The notes below the pieces were generated by a model that was given only the letters and a program-made list of their open reading frames with translations, had not been told where the DNA came from and ran no database searches. A program made the position numbers and the translations under genes. From Octopus bimaculoides (taxonomy: Eukaryota): a DNA stretch of 64,000 nt. Of the stretch, positions 37,249 through 49,870 are shown piece after piece (the first letter of the stretch is position 1; every line of letters starts with the position of its first letter). The stretch lies in NCBI RefSeq assembly GCF_001194135.2, contig NC_068993.1:44836377-44900376 (forward strand), written 5' to 3'.

Positions 37249-37678
37249 TGGCTGTGTGGTTAAGAAGCTTGCTTTGCAACCACATGATTTTGGGTTCAAT
37301 TCCACTGCGTGGCATCTTGGGCAAGTACCTTCTACTATAGCTCAAGGCCTATTAATGGCTTGTGAGTGAATTTGGTTGATGGAAACTGTGTGGAAGCTCA
37401 CTGTATATATGCATGTATATGTGTGTGAGTGAGTGTGTCTTTGTGTTTGTGCATGCTCCCTCTCCTCCACCACCACTACTTGACACTTGGTGTTGGTTTG
37501 TTTACATCCCTGTAACTTAGCAGTTTCACCAAAAGACACCAATACAATAAGTACCAGACTTTTTAAAAAACAAGAAAAAAAGTATTGGGGTCAGTTTGTT
37601 TGACTAAAACCTTTCAAGGCTGTGCCCCAGCATGGCCACAGTCCAAAGACTCAAACATGTCAAAGATAAATGATAAAA
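37249..37678 (+). mobile_element. SINE with family B head and type E tail
   Basis: B head (tggctgtgtggttaagaagcttgc, atcttgggcaagt), (TG)n, then aagtaccagactt...aaggctgtgccccagcatggccacagtc. Confidence 0.8.
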
Positions 37679-38521
37679 GCAAAAGTTATCCTCAGAACAA
37701 GACAGAAACAGGTTGAGAAATCACTTATAGCTAAACTGGATCTGTAGTTTCAATCACTTCATACTGCTCGGTTGTAGCTTCTATGACTAAGATTGTTCAA
37801 ATGCTTCTGTGTAAAACTCAACCATTATGAGATTATTTATGCATCAGGGATTTTTCCCTCTTGTACTGCAATCATCACTGTATAATTGAACTCACTGTTG
37901 CGTGCAGCAGCGTGAGTATATATTTACACGTCATTGATTCTGTGTTAGTGGAAGGTAGGAAGGAAGGATACTGTCAAAATGACAGATAAGAATGATGGTT
38001 CATATTTAAATTAGAAGTTTGTTCAATATGGTTTTGGTTTTTTTTTATTTTTAATCTCCTGTTGAATTCAATAATGATATTTATTTGGTAAGTTACAATT
38101 TTCACTGAAACTAAATGTATTTTTCAAATGTGTTCTTAGTGTGTGTGTGTGTGTGTATGTGTGTGTGCATCTCTTTGTTTCTGCGTGTGTTTGTGTCTCT
38201 ACTTAGAATGATCATGAATAATTGCATTTCCTTTGGTTTAGGTGAACATTATCTGGATTAAGTGATCAATAACAAAACTGTATTTTATAAGGTTGCTATT
38301 CACAATTACACATAGATATTCTTCACATGCACAAAACTGGTATGACCGTGTGGTTAAGGAATTTGCTTCTCAGCTACATGGTTTCAGGTTCAGGCACATT
38401 TGGCAAGTTTTCTCTACTGTAGCCTTGGGTTCATGAATCCTTGCTTTTAGAATTTTGGTAGCCAGAAACTCTGTGGCAAGTCGGATGTTTATATATATGT
38501 GTGTGTGTGTATGTGTATGTA

Positions 38522-38673
38522 CAAGGGGGTGTTGTAAAGTTCTCCCAGATTCACACACTTATTGCAGTGGTCCTTCGGTTTTTCTAAGCCTTGTAAAAGA
38601 ACTTTGAAGGTTGAGCCTCCAACTAGGCCTTTCATGATACCCTTAAAGCCAGGAACTTTTTCAGCACCCCTTG
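38522..38673. mobile_element. 152-bp mariner-type MITE
   Basis: TA|CAAGGGGGTGTTGTAAAGTTC ... GAACTTTTTCAGCACCCCTTG|TA: imperfect TIRs and TA TSD. Confidence 0.85.
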
Positions 38674-38763
38674 TATATATGTGTGTGTGTGTGTATATAT
38701 ATATAAAGAGAGAAAAGGATAAAGAAAACAATGACAAAGTTAGAAATATATTTTATGGATAAA

Positions 38764-38812
38764 GTCTTACAGCTGTTTCAGGGAAAATCCACTGTATCCC
38801 TTCATCGGAGAT
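38764..38812 (-). ncRNA. Minimal type I hammerhead ribozyme motif (Penelope-element type), U4C variant
   Basis: Minus strand aUCU-CCGAUGA-AGGGA uacaguggauu UUCCCU-GAAA-CAGCU-GUA-AGAc. Core CCGAUGA (38808-38802), 5-bp stem II, GAAA, palindromic stem III ACAGCUGU, GUA triplet, 3-bp stem I. Confidence 0.6.
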
Positions 38813-39945
38813 GGTAATAGTAGAGGAATGGATTATTACATCTATAACATGACCTATGATATAATCCCCACTCATGTTTATACAACGAAAGGGGCAAAAC
38901 TAGCCGGTATACAGCACTTACTCTGTATTACCTGTATCTTTGGGTTTGGTTGAATCCAATACCCTTCATTATTAATAATGATAATATTTCAGCTATAACA
39001 TTTTCTATATACCAATACCATTATAAATGAACCTTTTATTTTATTTCATCTTATATCCTTCTTTATATCGTTTTATACCTTTTTGTTTTTGCTTTTAACA
39101 TTATAAATTTGTTAAGTTGCAATGTGCTCCTTCCCTTAATCTCTGCACTTATCTTTCATCCTTAATTTCCTTATCTTCCCCCTTTAAGATGACAATGAAA
39201 ATAAGTGTTATTAGCTCTAGCTAACCTTCTTTCTTCCAACTATTACCCCTTCCCCATCAGGCATTCCCCCTTCTTTTATCACCCCCAAGCTGTACTCTTT
39301 AGTGTAGACAACAAACAAAGTGCGGTGAGGGGGGGGGGATATAAGGTTCCAGTACTTAGATAGTCTAGTAGGTTGTCATGATATTAATTAATTAATCAAT
39401 TTTTTCTAGAGTACAGCTACAACTCCCAAAAGATTTAATTTTGGATGATTGAAGACTACATTCTCCCTATTGTCTTCCAAGTGTAGGTAACTAGGTCACT
39501 ATTCTCAATTATTCCCTCACCTCCCCACCACTGTAACCTATACTAACCTCTAAATTCTAGTAGATTTGATACTACATAAACTACTTTTCTAAACTCATTC
39601 AGCCAAAGATATAGCAGCAGAATCAGTATAGATATTTGAGCTCCGCTGGTGATAGGAATATGTTAAAGCAGTTGGTTTGTCCTTTGTGCTTGAGTTCTAT
39701 GCAGTCATCTGACAAAAACAGTTTCTCTGCAATGAGATAATGTTTTCATTAATTAAAGGAGTCGCTTGAAACAGACATAATGAATTGACACCTGTACATT
39801 CTTTTATTCTTTTATATGTTCCAGCCCTGAGACTGTGGCCATAGTGTATGTGAATGTGTGTGTGTGTGGGTGTATGTGCGAATGTATGTGTATATATGTT
39901 TACATGTAGATGCAGGTGTGTAAGTGTGTGGATGTATGTATACAT

Positions 39946-40032
39946 GTGTATGTAGATGTATGTGTATGTAGATGTATGTGTATGTAGATGTATGTGTATG
40001 TAGATGTATGTGTATGTAGATGTATGTGTATG
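39946..40032. repeat. 16-bp minisatellite, about 5 copies
   Basis: Unit gtgtatgtagatgtat. Confidence 0.9.
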
Positions 40033-41439
40033 TGTGTTACCAAGTGCATACCATACCAACTGAAAAATGAGTAAAATGACCTTAAATCAAAAGATTCACA
40101 AAGGTCATCTTTTGACAAGAACTCAACAACATTTTTGACCACTCCTAAAAATATTCCATTTCTTTATTCCTGATAGACTAATCTTTTTCTTTTTCCTTTC
40201 TTCTTTTTTCACACATGCTGTTGTATTTACTTTTTGTATTCTTTTATTATTTTGATTTATTGGCACTTGTGGTGGTGGCACATTAGAAAATCATTCAAGC
40301 GAGGTTGTTGACAATTGGGGTTGGTTTGTTTACAGCCCCCATAAGTGAACAATTTGGCAGATAAGACTGATGTAATTAATACCAGACTTTGATAAAAAAA
40401 AAAAAAAAANNNNNNNNNNAGGTTGTTGACAATTGGGGTTGGTTTGTTTACAGCCCCCATAAGTGAACAATTTGGCAGATAAGACTGATGTAATTAATAC
40501 CAGACTTTGATAAAAAAAAAAAAAAAGTAAGTACTGGGGTTGATTTATTCAACTAGAACCTTTCAAGGCAGTACTCCAGCATGGCCACAGTCGAGTGACT
40601 GAAGCAAAGAAAAGATAGGAAAAGATTTAAAAAATATTCTGTAGACAGATGAATGTACTCGTTATATAATTAACACCTGTACAAGGTTTTCTTGCTCCAG
40701 AATTTTCTGTCATTTATTTCATTTTGATATAATATTTGGATTTTGCCCTTTAGTATGTTGTCTTTTTGGCTGTTGTCTTTTGTGAGTAATTTCAAGACTT
40801 AACATGCGTATGTTTACTATTTCCTGAACATGTTGTCCTAAATCTGAAGCCTTGTTATATATAACTTGTTAAAATGTGTTCATAAATAATATTATAGTTT
40901 AGCTACTACATACAATTTAATTGAACAGATCTATGACCGAAGGCATTCCAGCCATGACCTCTCTCTCTCTCTTTTTTTCATATGTCCATAACTACATTGT
41001 TCAAAGTGTTTTTCCATTTTTAATGTGATAGGGTTTCATTTGTGAGAGATTAAGCTGTTATTTCTAGCCAGTTGCGCAGTCATAAATACTTCCTTGTTTC
41101 TTTCATAAATTATTATAGTATCTGCATGTATATCATGTGCATTGTGTCCTTTGAGCAAAACGCTTGATTTCCTGTTGCTCCAGTCCAGTCAGCTGTAAAT
41201 AAGTAACCCTGTAACAGACAGGTGTTCCATACAAGAAGAATGTTGTTATCCTGGTCACTTATATGCCCCGGAAACTAGATATTCTGCCCTGTATGTCCTA
41301 GGACTTGAGATAGTAATATCCATTGGTTGATAATGATGATGATGATAATTCTTAGTTTGCAGAAGGACAAGTAAGAATTAAGAGAGAAGGGGTTGATGGT
41401 ATTGTACTGAGCTAACTGGAAGTCTTTTTCTGTTGTCAG

Positions 41440-41517
41440 ATAAGCACTCTGTATCTCTTTCCAAGCAAACCTATTTCATGCAATGCCAGTTTTCAGACTG
41501 GTGAGGAATTGCACGAG
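41440..41517 (+). CDS. Candidate short exon (78 nt), unknown protein
   Basis: Branch-like gCTAAC, then tctttttctgttgtcAG, and donor GAG|GTGAGT. Phase 0 to 0 frame ISTLYLFPSKPISCNASFQTGEELHE. Confidence 0.3.
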
Positions 41518-42494
41518 GTGAGTGGGGTGGGTTTAAGTACTGCATTGACCAGGTTGCGTGACTCTATAGAAGCTTCCATATTACTGGGAAAAACCAAAGT
41601 ATAGTTTGCTAATAATCTGCACTGTTTTGATTGAATCTTTCTCACAAGAACAGAACAGATATCAGAATTCTTTAAATAACATTTTTCAAGATTTTTTCAA
41701 GTGGAAACATCTAAAAATCTCATTAATGCCTCATTACAACAGCAATAGTAACAGTACCATGTCAGTTAATTTAAGTAGTTTTCTGTTTTTTCATCTTATT
41801 TTGAATTACTAGTTTTCAAAATATATTAGAGTACCTGTTTTTTAAATTTTTTTTATTTATTATTGCTAACCAAAGATTATAGAATTATGTAAAACACAAC
41901 AAGAGCATTAAAAGTTTTGCTGATTGCTTCTTTAATATCTTGTTGCCATAACAACACTGATGGCTATTTTCATGCTGAGTTTGTTGGTGCTAGGGAGCAA
42001 TAAAAGTTGAACAGTTCTTTGCGAGGATTTAGAATTCTTCATTAAAATGTTAATGAAGGGGAAAATTAGTGTTTTTTTAGTAAATAATGATGAAATTATG
42101 AGTAAGGTAGTGGGTTGGGGTGTGTTAGAAGATGTTTTGACAATATTTACAAGACAAATCTGGACCATAAAACAGATTAGATAATGGTAGAAAAAGATTA
42201 TTCTATTTCAGGATTGTTTATTTTTCATTCAGAGGGTGAGAGGCATCATCAGAAATAGCTGTTGATTGTTAAGAACAAAAACTAAAGGACAACTTTTTCC
42301 ATGTTGATTCAGTAAGCCATTTTATACATGAATTTGAATAGACTTCCTTTTTCAGCAGCAGTTACAGTGTTGCTTGTTGGACATGCAAAGAATTAAAATA
42401 TTAGTTATTTATTAAAATTTTTTGAATAATATTCACACATTTATTTGATAAACTTTTCCTTTTTTGATAACAAATTGTTTTTTAATTGCAATTT

Positions 42495-42720
42495 CATCAT
42501 CATTTAACACCTGCTTTCTATGCTGGCATGGGTTGGACGGTTTGACAGGAGCTGGCCAGGCGGAAGGCTGCACGAAACTTCTGTGTCTGTTTTGGCATGG
42601 TTTTTATGGCTGGATGCTTTTTCAAATGCCTACCACTTTACAGCTTGGACTGGATGCTTTTTATGTAGCACCAGCACTGGCAGGGTCACCAAATAGCTTG
42701 CATGACAAAGATCCTTTGAG
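42495..42720 (-). mobile_element. SINE family C
   Basis: catcatcatttaacacctgctttctatgctggcatgggttggacgg...ggctggatgc. Confidence 0.8.
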
Positions 42721-42983
42721 AGGGGAACAGGCATTGGAGGAGGTGATCTTGTGCCAGATGATGAAAAATTAGAGTGTTACAGAGAGACAGAAACAGGTTA
42801 GCTCTGATATAGTAGACCTGTTGTCAAATACATTTTGACAGGTGGTGGTGGTGGTGCTAGTGCTAGCAGGGAAAAGACAAAAGATGAGAAATCTGTCAGT
42901 TATTAAGTTGATACACCTTAAAAGCAAAAACAAAAAGAAAAGAACATTCGACACACTTTTCTCCTAGATACACTATTTGAAAG

Positions 42984-43213
42984 GCGGCGAGCTGGCGGAA
43001 ACGTTAGCACGCCGGGCGAAATGCATAGCGGTATTTCGTCTACCGCTACGTTCTGAGTTCAAATTCCGCCGAGGTCGACTCTGCCTTTCATCCTTTTGGG
43101 GTCGATTAAATAAGTACCAGTTACGCACTGGGGTCGGTATAATCGACTTAATCCGTTTGTCTGTCCTTGTTTGTCCCCTCTGTGTGTAGCCCCTTGTGGG
43201 TAGTAAAGAAATA
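42984..43213 (+). mobile_element. Young full-length SINE family A with TSD
   Basis: TSD acactatttgaaag at 42970-42983 and 43214-43227. A-box-like TGGCGGAAACGTTAG and B box GTTCAAATTCC. CpG-rich. Confidence 0.95.
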
Positions 43214-43879
43214 ACACTATTTGAAAGAAAGATGGGACAGTTAAGGTTAGAATAGGTTTGATCATAGGTCTGCTCAATCAAAGATAACTGAACTGAGTTA
43301 ATCTAGGTTAAGTAACAATAATAATAACCGTTGTGTCACTGAGTTCAAAAGGGTTAAAATAAGAACTAGTATGTATTATGATAGTGTGAATCATTTTCTA
43401 GTTCTGTACCAAAATAGTTACAATTCATAGAGGTTTGTATAGTATTTCAGTTGATCTCAACATTATTGGAGATGCTTCTATTTATTTCAGTTTCTGCAAA
43501 AGGAAAAAAAAAAAAAAAGAAAAAAATGTAATCAGAGTACAGAGTTGCGTTGAGGGAGGAAATCGATAGAACCAGTAAGACTTGAAATAATTGAGAAATT
43601 TTGTAGAGTAGAAAATAGACAAGACAACAAAGTGTGTTTGGAAACATTACCGTCCTGTGCGGATGATGATAGTGGCAACAGGGGTAGTGGTAGTGGTGGT
43701 GGTGAGAGAGAAATCAGTCAGTTATTCTTAGTTATGCTCTCACCCTCACTTATATGCTTTCTTGCTTGCTTGTTTCTCTTTCACTGTATCTCTTCAGTGA
43801 TACAATGACAAAGCAGAAGTCATATTTCAGAAGATTCTAAAGGTGATTCTTCAACATATCTTTGTTATCATTATCATCA

Positions 43880-44530
43880 TCATCATGATCATTATTGTCA
43901 TCATCTTCACCATGGTTTTTTACATGTTATTTTCTTGCTCACAAGGGTTGTATGGGTCTATTCCAGCACCTTATTGTGGTCCTTTATTATTTCCTTCAGG
44001 ATGTCCATTCAGCTTTTTCTGATCAGCTTTCACCACTTTTACCCTTATCTTCCTCAGTCTTCCTCATCTGCAGTTCTTTCACTTTCTTGGTACTTCCTTA
44101 TCCAACAGCTATCCTCTCTATACATAACATCACACATCCATACCAACTTGGTCTTTTCTCTAACACATTGTGATTCTTACACTCTTATAATCACTTGTTC
44201 TCTCAGATCATAAATGTGCTGTCATTCAAGCCCTATAACATTACACATCCAATGGCGCATGCACCTCCCATGTCTTTCTTGCCTTTGCCCATCCTCTATA
44301 TTCAATGCCCATGTCTTGCTATCATGCAGCATTGCACTTCATAAACATATGTTACACACTCTGTTGTTCACTTGGAGAAGAATCCCTTTGTTTCCTGCAG
44401 AGGCAATAGCATCCTTAACTTTTTCCATCCTTTTGTTGATCTAGTTACTACGCTTTCAGAAGACCTATCTCTTTTGTTAATTAGGTCACCTAGGTAACAG
44501 AAGCTATCAGCTACTTCTGCAGTGTCTTCC
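43880..44530 (-). mobile_element. RTE-clade LINE 3' end (RT C-terminus, 3' UTR, (GAT)n tail), degenerate
   Basis: EVADSFCYLGDLI...GWKKLRMLLPL..TKG...EKRPSWYGCVM..., ending gacccatacaacccttgtgagcaag...gaagatgatgac. Confidence 0.8.
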
Positions 44531-44732
44531 AGCATTTATCTTATTTCTGTTCAGTCATTGGACTGCAGCCATACTGGAGTCTTTAGTTAAACAAATCAAC
44601 TCCAGCATTTATTTTTTAAGTCTGGTACTTATTCTAACAGTCTCTTTTGTTGAACTACTAAGTTACAAGTATATAAACATGTCGCCAGTTGTCAATCATT
44701 GGGAGTGGGGGACAAACATAAACATAAAGCCT

Positions 44733-44764
<32 letters not shown>

Positions 44765-44797
44765 ACACACACGACAACAGGCTTTCACACAGTTTCT

Positions 44798-45027
44798 TAT
44801 TTCTTTATTGCCCACAAGGGGCTAAACATAGAGGGGACAAACAAGGACAGACAAAGGGATTAAGTCGATTACATCGATGCCAGTGCATAACTGGTACTTA
44901 ATTTATCGACCCCGAAAGGATGAAAGGCAAAGTCGACCTTGGTGGAATTTGAACTCAGAACGTAACGGCAGACGAAATACTGCTAAGCATTTCGCCCAAC
45001 GGGGTAACGTTTCTGACAGCTCGCCGC
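44798..45027 (-). mobile_element. Young full-length SINE family A with TSD, nested in an older SINE B head
   Basis: TSD ctttcacacagtttct at 44782-44797 and 45028-45043. The flanks rejoin into a family B sequence. Confidence 0.95.
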
Positions 45028-47059
45028 CTTTCACACAGTTTCTCTCTGCTAGGTTTATTCACAAGGCATTGGTCAACCTGGGGTTACAATAGATGATGCT
45101 TGTCAAGGAGACACATAGTGGGACTGAACCCAAAACTACACGGTCGCAAAACAAGCTTGGAGAGAATTGAATTTTCAAGTGCTCCAATTATTATCCATTG
45201 CAAATAACTCATACAGAATTATGAAAAATTGTAATAACTAGAACATAGTTGTATTTTCAACATACACGCAATGCATATACTTATGTGCACACACATATGC
45301 ATTTATGCATTTCTATACTGGTTTATTCTCCTTTGCAATTTATTGAGCTAACTGTCATATTGATCCTGGTGATATTATGATATATTTTGGAATTAGATTT
45401 TCATTCCACTTCCTTCTATTGTAAATTCTCATGTTTCTTACATAGTTCAACTTCTTTACTGCAGTGTGCAATGTTGAGTAGGTGACAAACTTTCGGCATT
45501 GTGAATCTGCAACATGGTTTCAATTTTTACTCCAGTTATAGTTATTACATTTCACCTATACCATTAGATAAAAGTATGAACATCCTATGTCCACAGTCTT
45601 CTTTCCTGAAGTCAATGCAATTGTTCATCATTGATAGATAACTGTACTCAAATATTTAGGCACTTAATGATGTTTTTGTTTAACACCCAACTCGTCCCTG
45701 GAACAGCAGATGTGTTATCAAAGGTGTTTTGGTTCTGGTCATCCAGTCTTTCTTCCAAACTCTGCTATTCAGTGTATTCATCTACTTTGAAGATGTTTGG
45801 GTGTGATTTGGCAAATATTTGGCTGCTATTTCCAGCAGATCAAGTAGCAGTTTGGATGCTCTTTCATTGCCTTGGTTTAGCTTGGCATTTCTTTCTTTGG
45901 TTTATTGGTCCTTGTGTGGATTATATAAATAATTGATGGGTTTTTGTGCTGTGCTTTTTAAAAAAAAAAAACGATTTAAATATTTTAGCCTTATTTCTAA
46001 GGCATTGAGCATGACAGGTTCATCAATTTAGTTTATTTCACCTTGCCACTCATGGATCCAAGTTCAAATCTCACCAGGTTTGACTTTATCTTTCCTTAAA
46101 ACACATACTCAATAAAATGCCAGGTCTGAGTTATGTTTTCTTCATAAGTCAGTTTAGGGAAGGGGGAGTGGTGCCTATAAAGTATGTTGAACCATGCTTA
46201 TAAATGAGACATCTGTGGTTGATGCCTGCCCTGAACTGATGGAGGTGAATGTCTCCAAAAAATACGTTGAGAAGGGGAACTTGGGTGTTGTCTGAATGCT
46301 TGCAGTAGAGTGGAGCTCAATGAGCTGAAGGAGCAAGTATAGAAAGGCCAGGTAAATTGAGCAACGACACCCCCAACCCTAGTTAAAAGAAATCAATTTG
46401 TTTATTTGAGAAATTTGTCATTGTTTTATCATCATCATCATCATCAACCGCTGGGCATTACTGTCCCAAGTCTTAGCTACCACAGAGCTGGTTACCTGAT
46501 GTCTGTGACCTATAAGTGACTGAGATCACAACATTCTCCCTGAATAGGATGCCAGTCCCTTGCAGGGTTACTCATTTACAGCTGAGCAGTTTGGAGTCAC
46601 ATGAAATGAAGTGTTTTGTTCAAGAACACAATGCACTGTGTGGTCTAGGAATTGAAACCATGATCTTGTAATCATGTGTGTAACACTCTTATCACTAAGC
46701 CACATGTGCTTGCATGCTATCATTAAGTAGTATGCAGAATTATTTGAAATAAGAAAAGAAAGTTTAAAAAGATAGGCAGAAAATTAGTGAACTTAGATTT
46801 TTTTTTTTCAACTCAGAAGATTGTATAAAATTTAAATAAAATCTATAGCTATAGACATCTCATAAATTAAACTACAAATGTACAAATTTAAACTTTGATA
46901 TATACAACAGGTGTTCTCTCTGTTTACTAAAGCAAAACTGTTAAAATTGATAGATAAAGTTTAACATTCTATTTGTTGGTGATATATTGAATGTGTTGTC
47001 AATTTGATTATCTTGGAACTTAGAAGAACAGCATTCGCTGCATTGGGGTTGAATTTCTA

Positions 47060-47430
47060 AATTAAATTGTTGTCCCCATCTTGTGCATCATTGGTCTTCC
47101 ACTACCCCTTATGTACCACCCTCAATGTACACCTTTCAGCCCTACCCAATCTTTACAGTTGTTGCCTACCTTCCTACCCCTCTCCATCTCTCGATCACTT
47201 CCATAACCTCATGCAAAGTGTCACCCATCCACCCACACTCCTAGTTTCTCTGTTCCCACTCCATTCTGTGTACCTTGTATTTTGAGGGTCCACCTAGACA
47301 CCTTATTACCTTTATTTATCTCATCATACTTCTTACTGAATATTTTTAGCCTCTCTTCTAAATGTGAGTAGCCATGTAGCTCCTCTCCGATGAGAACATG
47401 CTTTGCAAACCGCTCAGCTCCTTGCATAAA
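47060..47430 (-). mobile_element. Probable RTE-like LINE C-terminal remnant
   Basis: Degenerate translation LHGYSHLEERLK...GR...DWVGL resembles RTE C-termini. Weak. Confidence 0.4.
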
Positions 47431-48801
47431 CCTTTGGGATTCAAAGTCTTGTGAACTGCATGGTTACCTCATATGGCATGAAAAAAAGGGACCTAGTACA
47501 CATTGTGTAGTGGTTGGTGTTAGGAAGGGCAGATGCTGGAACATGATGTAATCCTTGGTCTCACTGGATTCTGTCGAACCATCCAACCCCTACAAGTAAA
47601 TGGTGGTGATGATGATGATAGTGAAGAAGAAACATTAGTATTTTTTTAAGGGTTTTCATCCTAAAGTTTTTATGTTTCTGTGATGAGTCTAAAAAGATTA
47701 AGCTGTTAATTGATAGTTAATAATTATTGACATATTGGCTTAGGTCAGTAATGTTAAGATGATATCACATTTTAGTTTATGCAGATGGTTTATGCAGACT
47801 CTTATTAGAATTGCTAATCTGATGTGCTCTCTCTCCCCCTCCCTCCNNNNNNNNNNNNNNNNNNNNNNNNNNNNNNNNNNNNNNNNNNNNNNNNNNNNNN
47901 NNNNNNNNNNNNNNNNNNNNNNNNNNNNNNNNNNNNNNNNNNNNNNNNNNNNNNNNNNNNNNNNNNNNNNNNNNNNNNNNNNNNNNNNNNNNNNNNNNNN
48001 NNNNNNNNNNNNNNNNNNNNNNNNNNNNNNNNNNNNNNNNNNNNNNNNNNNNNNNNNNNNNNNNNNNNNNNNNNNNNNNNNNNNNNNNNNNNNNNNNNNN
48101 NNNNNNNNNNNNNNNNNNNNNNNNNNNNNNNNNNNNNNNNNNNNNNNNNNNNNNNNNNNNNNNNNNNNNNNNNNNNNNNNNNNNNNNNNNNNNNNNNNNN
48201 NNNNNNNNNNNNNNNNNNNNNNNNNNNNNNNNNNNNNNNNNNNNNNNNNNNNNNNNNNNNNNNNNNNNNNNNNNNNNNNNNNNNNNNNNNNNNNNNNNNN
48301 NNNNNNNTAGATAATATATATAGATATATATATAGATATATATATATAGATAGATAGATAGATAGATAGAGTCCATAACATGTGTCCATGACTGCCTTCT
48401 TATCTTCAGACAATAAGCCTGTCTTTTCTTTAATGGCATATTAATTTTGGAGACATCTTAATTCTTGGGATTCTCAAGTGGAGTTGGTCATAACTGCTAT
48501 TTGGTAATTATAATACATCTTTTAGAGGCAGAGAAAATTTCAGTAAACCAAGAATTTATGTTGTATGTTATTTGATATGTCTGAATTTGTCTATGGATAT
48601 GTGTATGGCTATGGGAATTGATTTTGTTTTTCCCTTGTAAAACGCCACAGTGCTCAAGCCATTTTGTATTCATGTTTCTTGCTTGTAGTTATTTCTGCAC
48701 TTTGGTTTCATCTTGGTCCTGTAAATGGGAATAATAATCATCAGATTTTGGCAACAGTTGAAAAGACAAAAAGCAAGCTGTATTCCCCCCCCCCCACTTA
48801 C

Positions 48802-48881
48802 TCAACTACTTCATGTCTGTTCAAGATTGCTGTATTATCCAAATTCTTGAATTCCAACATCAAACCACAGTACAGAAGTAA
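48802..48881 (-). CDS. Candidate short exon (80 nt), unknown protein
   Basis: Minus strand ttccttatgtacAG|TTACTT...GTTGA|GTAAGT. The only open frame is LLLYCGLMLEFKNLDNTAILNRHEVVx (phase 0 to 2). Confidence 0.22.
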
Positions 48882-49870
48882 CTGTACATAAGGAACTGGA
48901 TTTTATGCCTGCTTTTCACACTGACATGGGTTGGATGGGTCATCACTGTCCAAGTTAGTTGTTATTGGGTGTTACTCCTCTTTTCAGAGGACCACATCTC
49001 ACATGTATGTTTCATTTTTGGCATTGGAAGGGCATCCGGCTACAGAAACTAAGTCAACCAATTTATAGAGTTTACTGAGCGCATTTTATTGGGATACTAT
49101 CCCTAAAGCAGGTGACATGTCCTTGACAAGACTCAACCTTGCACTATCTCTACTAATTTGCCAACCAGTTTACAGAATGCAGTGGGTGCATTTTATTGTG
49201 GTACGAGTTCAAGAACAAGTGTCATCTTTATGACACGACTAAAGGGAGATTCCCTCAACTGCTGACTATCTCCTTTCATTTATCAAACACTTTTTACAGG
49301 GTGTTCTGTGGGCATTTTATTTTGCCCAACAATTTAAAATATAATATTTGCACAGCTCTACTTTTGAGTATTCAGTAATATAAACTCTCTGTAATATGAA
49401 ATATTAATGGAATGAATACAATTGCACTTCTCACATACCTTTCATTCATGTGTACATACACAAATCTCTTGCTATTAATTCTCTTTAAACACATGCTAGT
49501 CATTCTTTTCTATTATGTTTTTGTTTTTTTGCTTTTTGTATTCTTGTGTATTCAAAATAATTTAGAATGTATTGGCACAGTATTTTATTGTCTAGAGCAT
49601 ATTGTCACGCTATATTATATGAAGCATTTTTAATTTCACAGTACTTCTTACACACACACACACACACACACACATTCTCACTCATTCACTTTCCCTGTTT
49701 ATTTTCTTGCTTTTTTCTAACTTAATTTCTTCCTTCTAAAGTAATATTAGCAAAGAGATGTAAACAACTTATCTGTCAGCTCCTCTCTTAAGTTACCATG
49801 TGTGGTTCTGTTGCCATGGCTGACACACTGAAGAAAGTCAATATTGGATGGATGACTCAGAGAGTATTAC

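Noticed and set aside
40302-40526. Perfect roughly 107-bp direct duplication
   Set aside because: The copies flank a 10-N gap and end in poly-A, so this is most likely a contig-overlap assembly artefact.
42984-43080. tRNA gene (A and B boxes present)
   Set aside because: No cloverleaf. It is the head of a multi-copy SINE with a tail and TSD.
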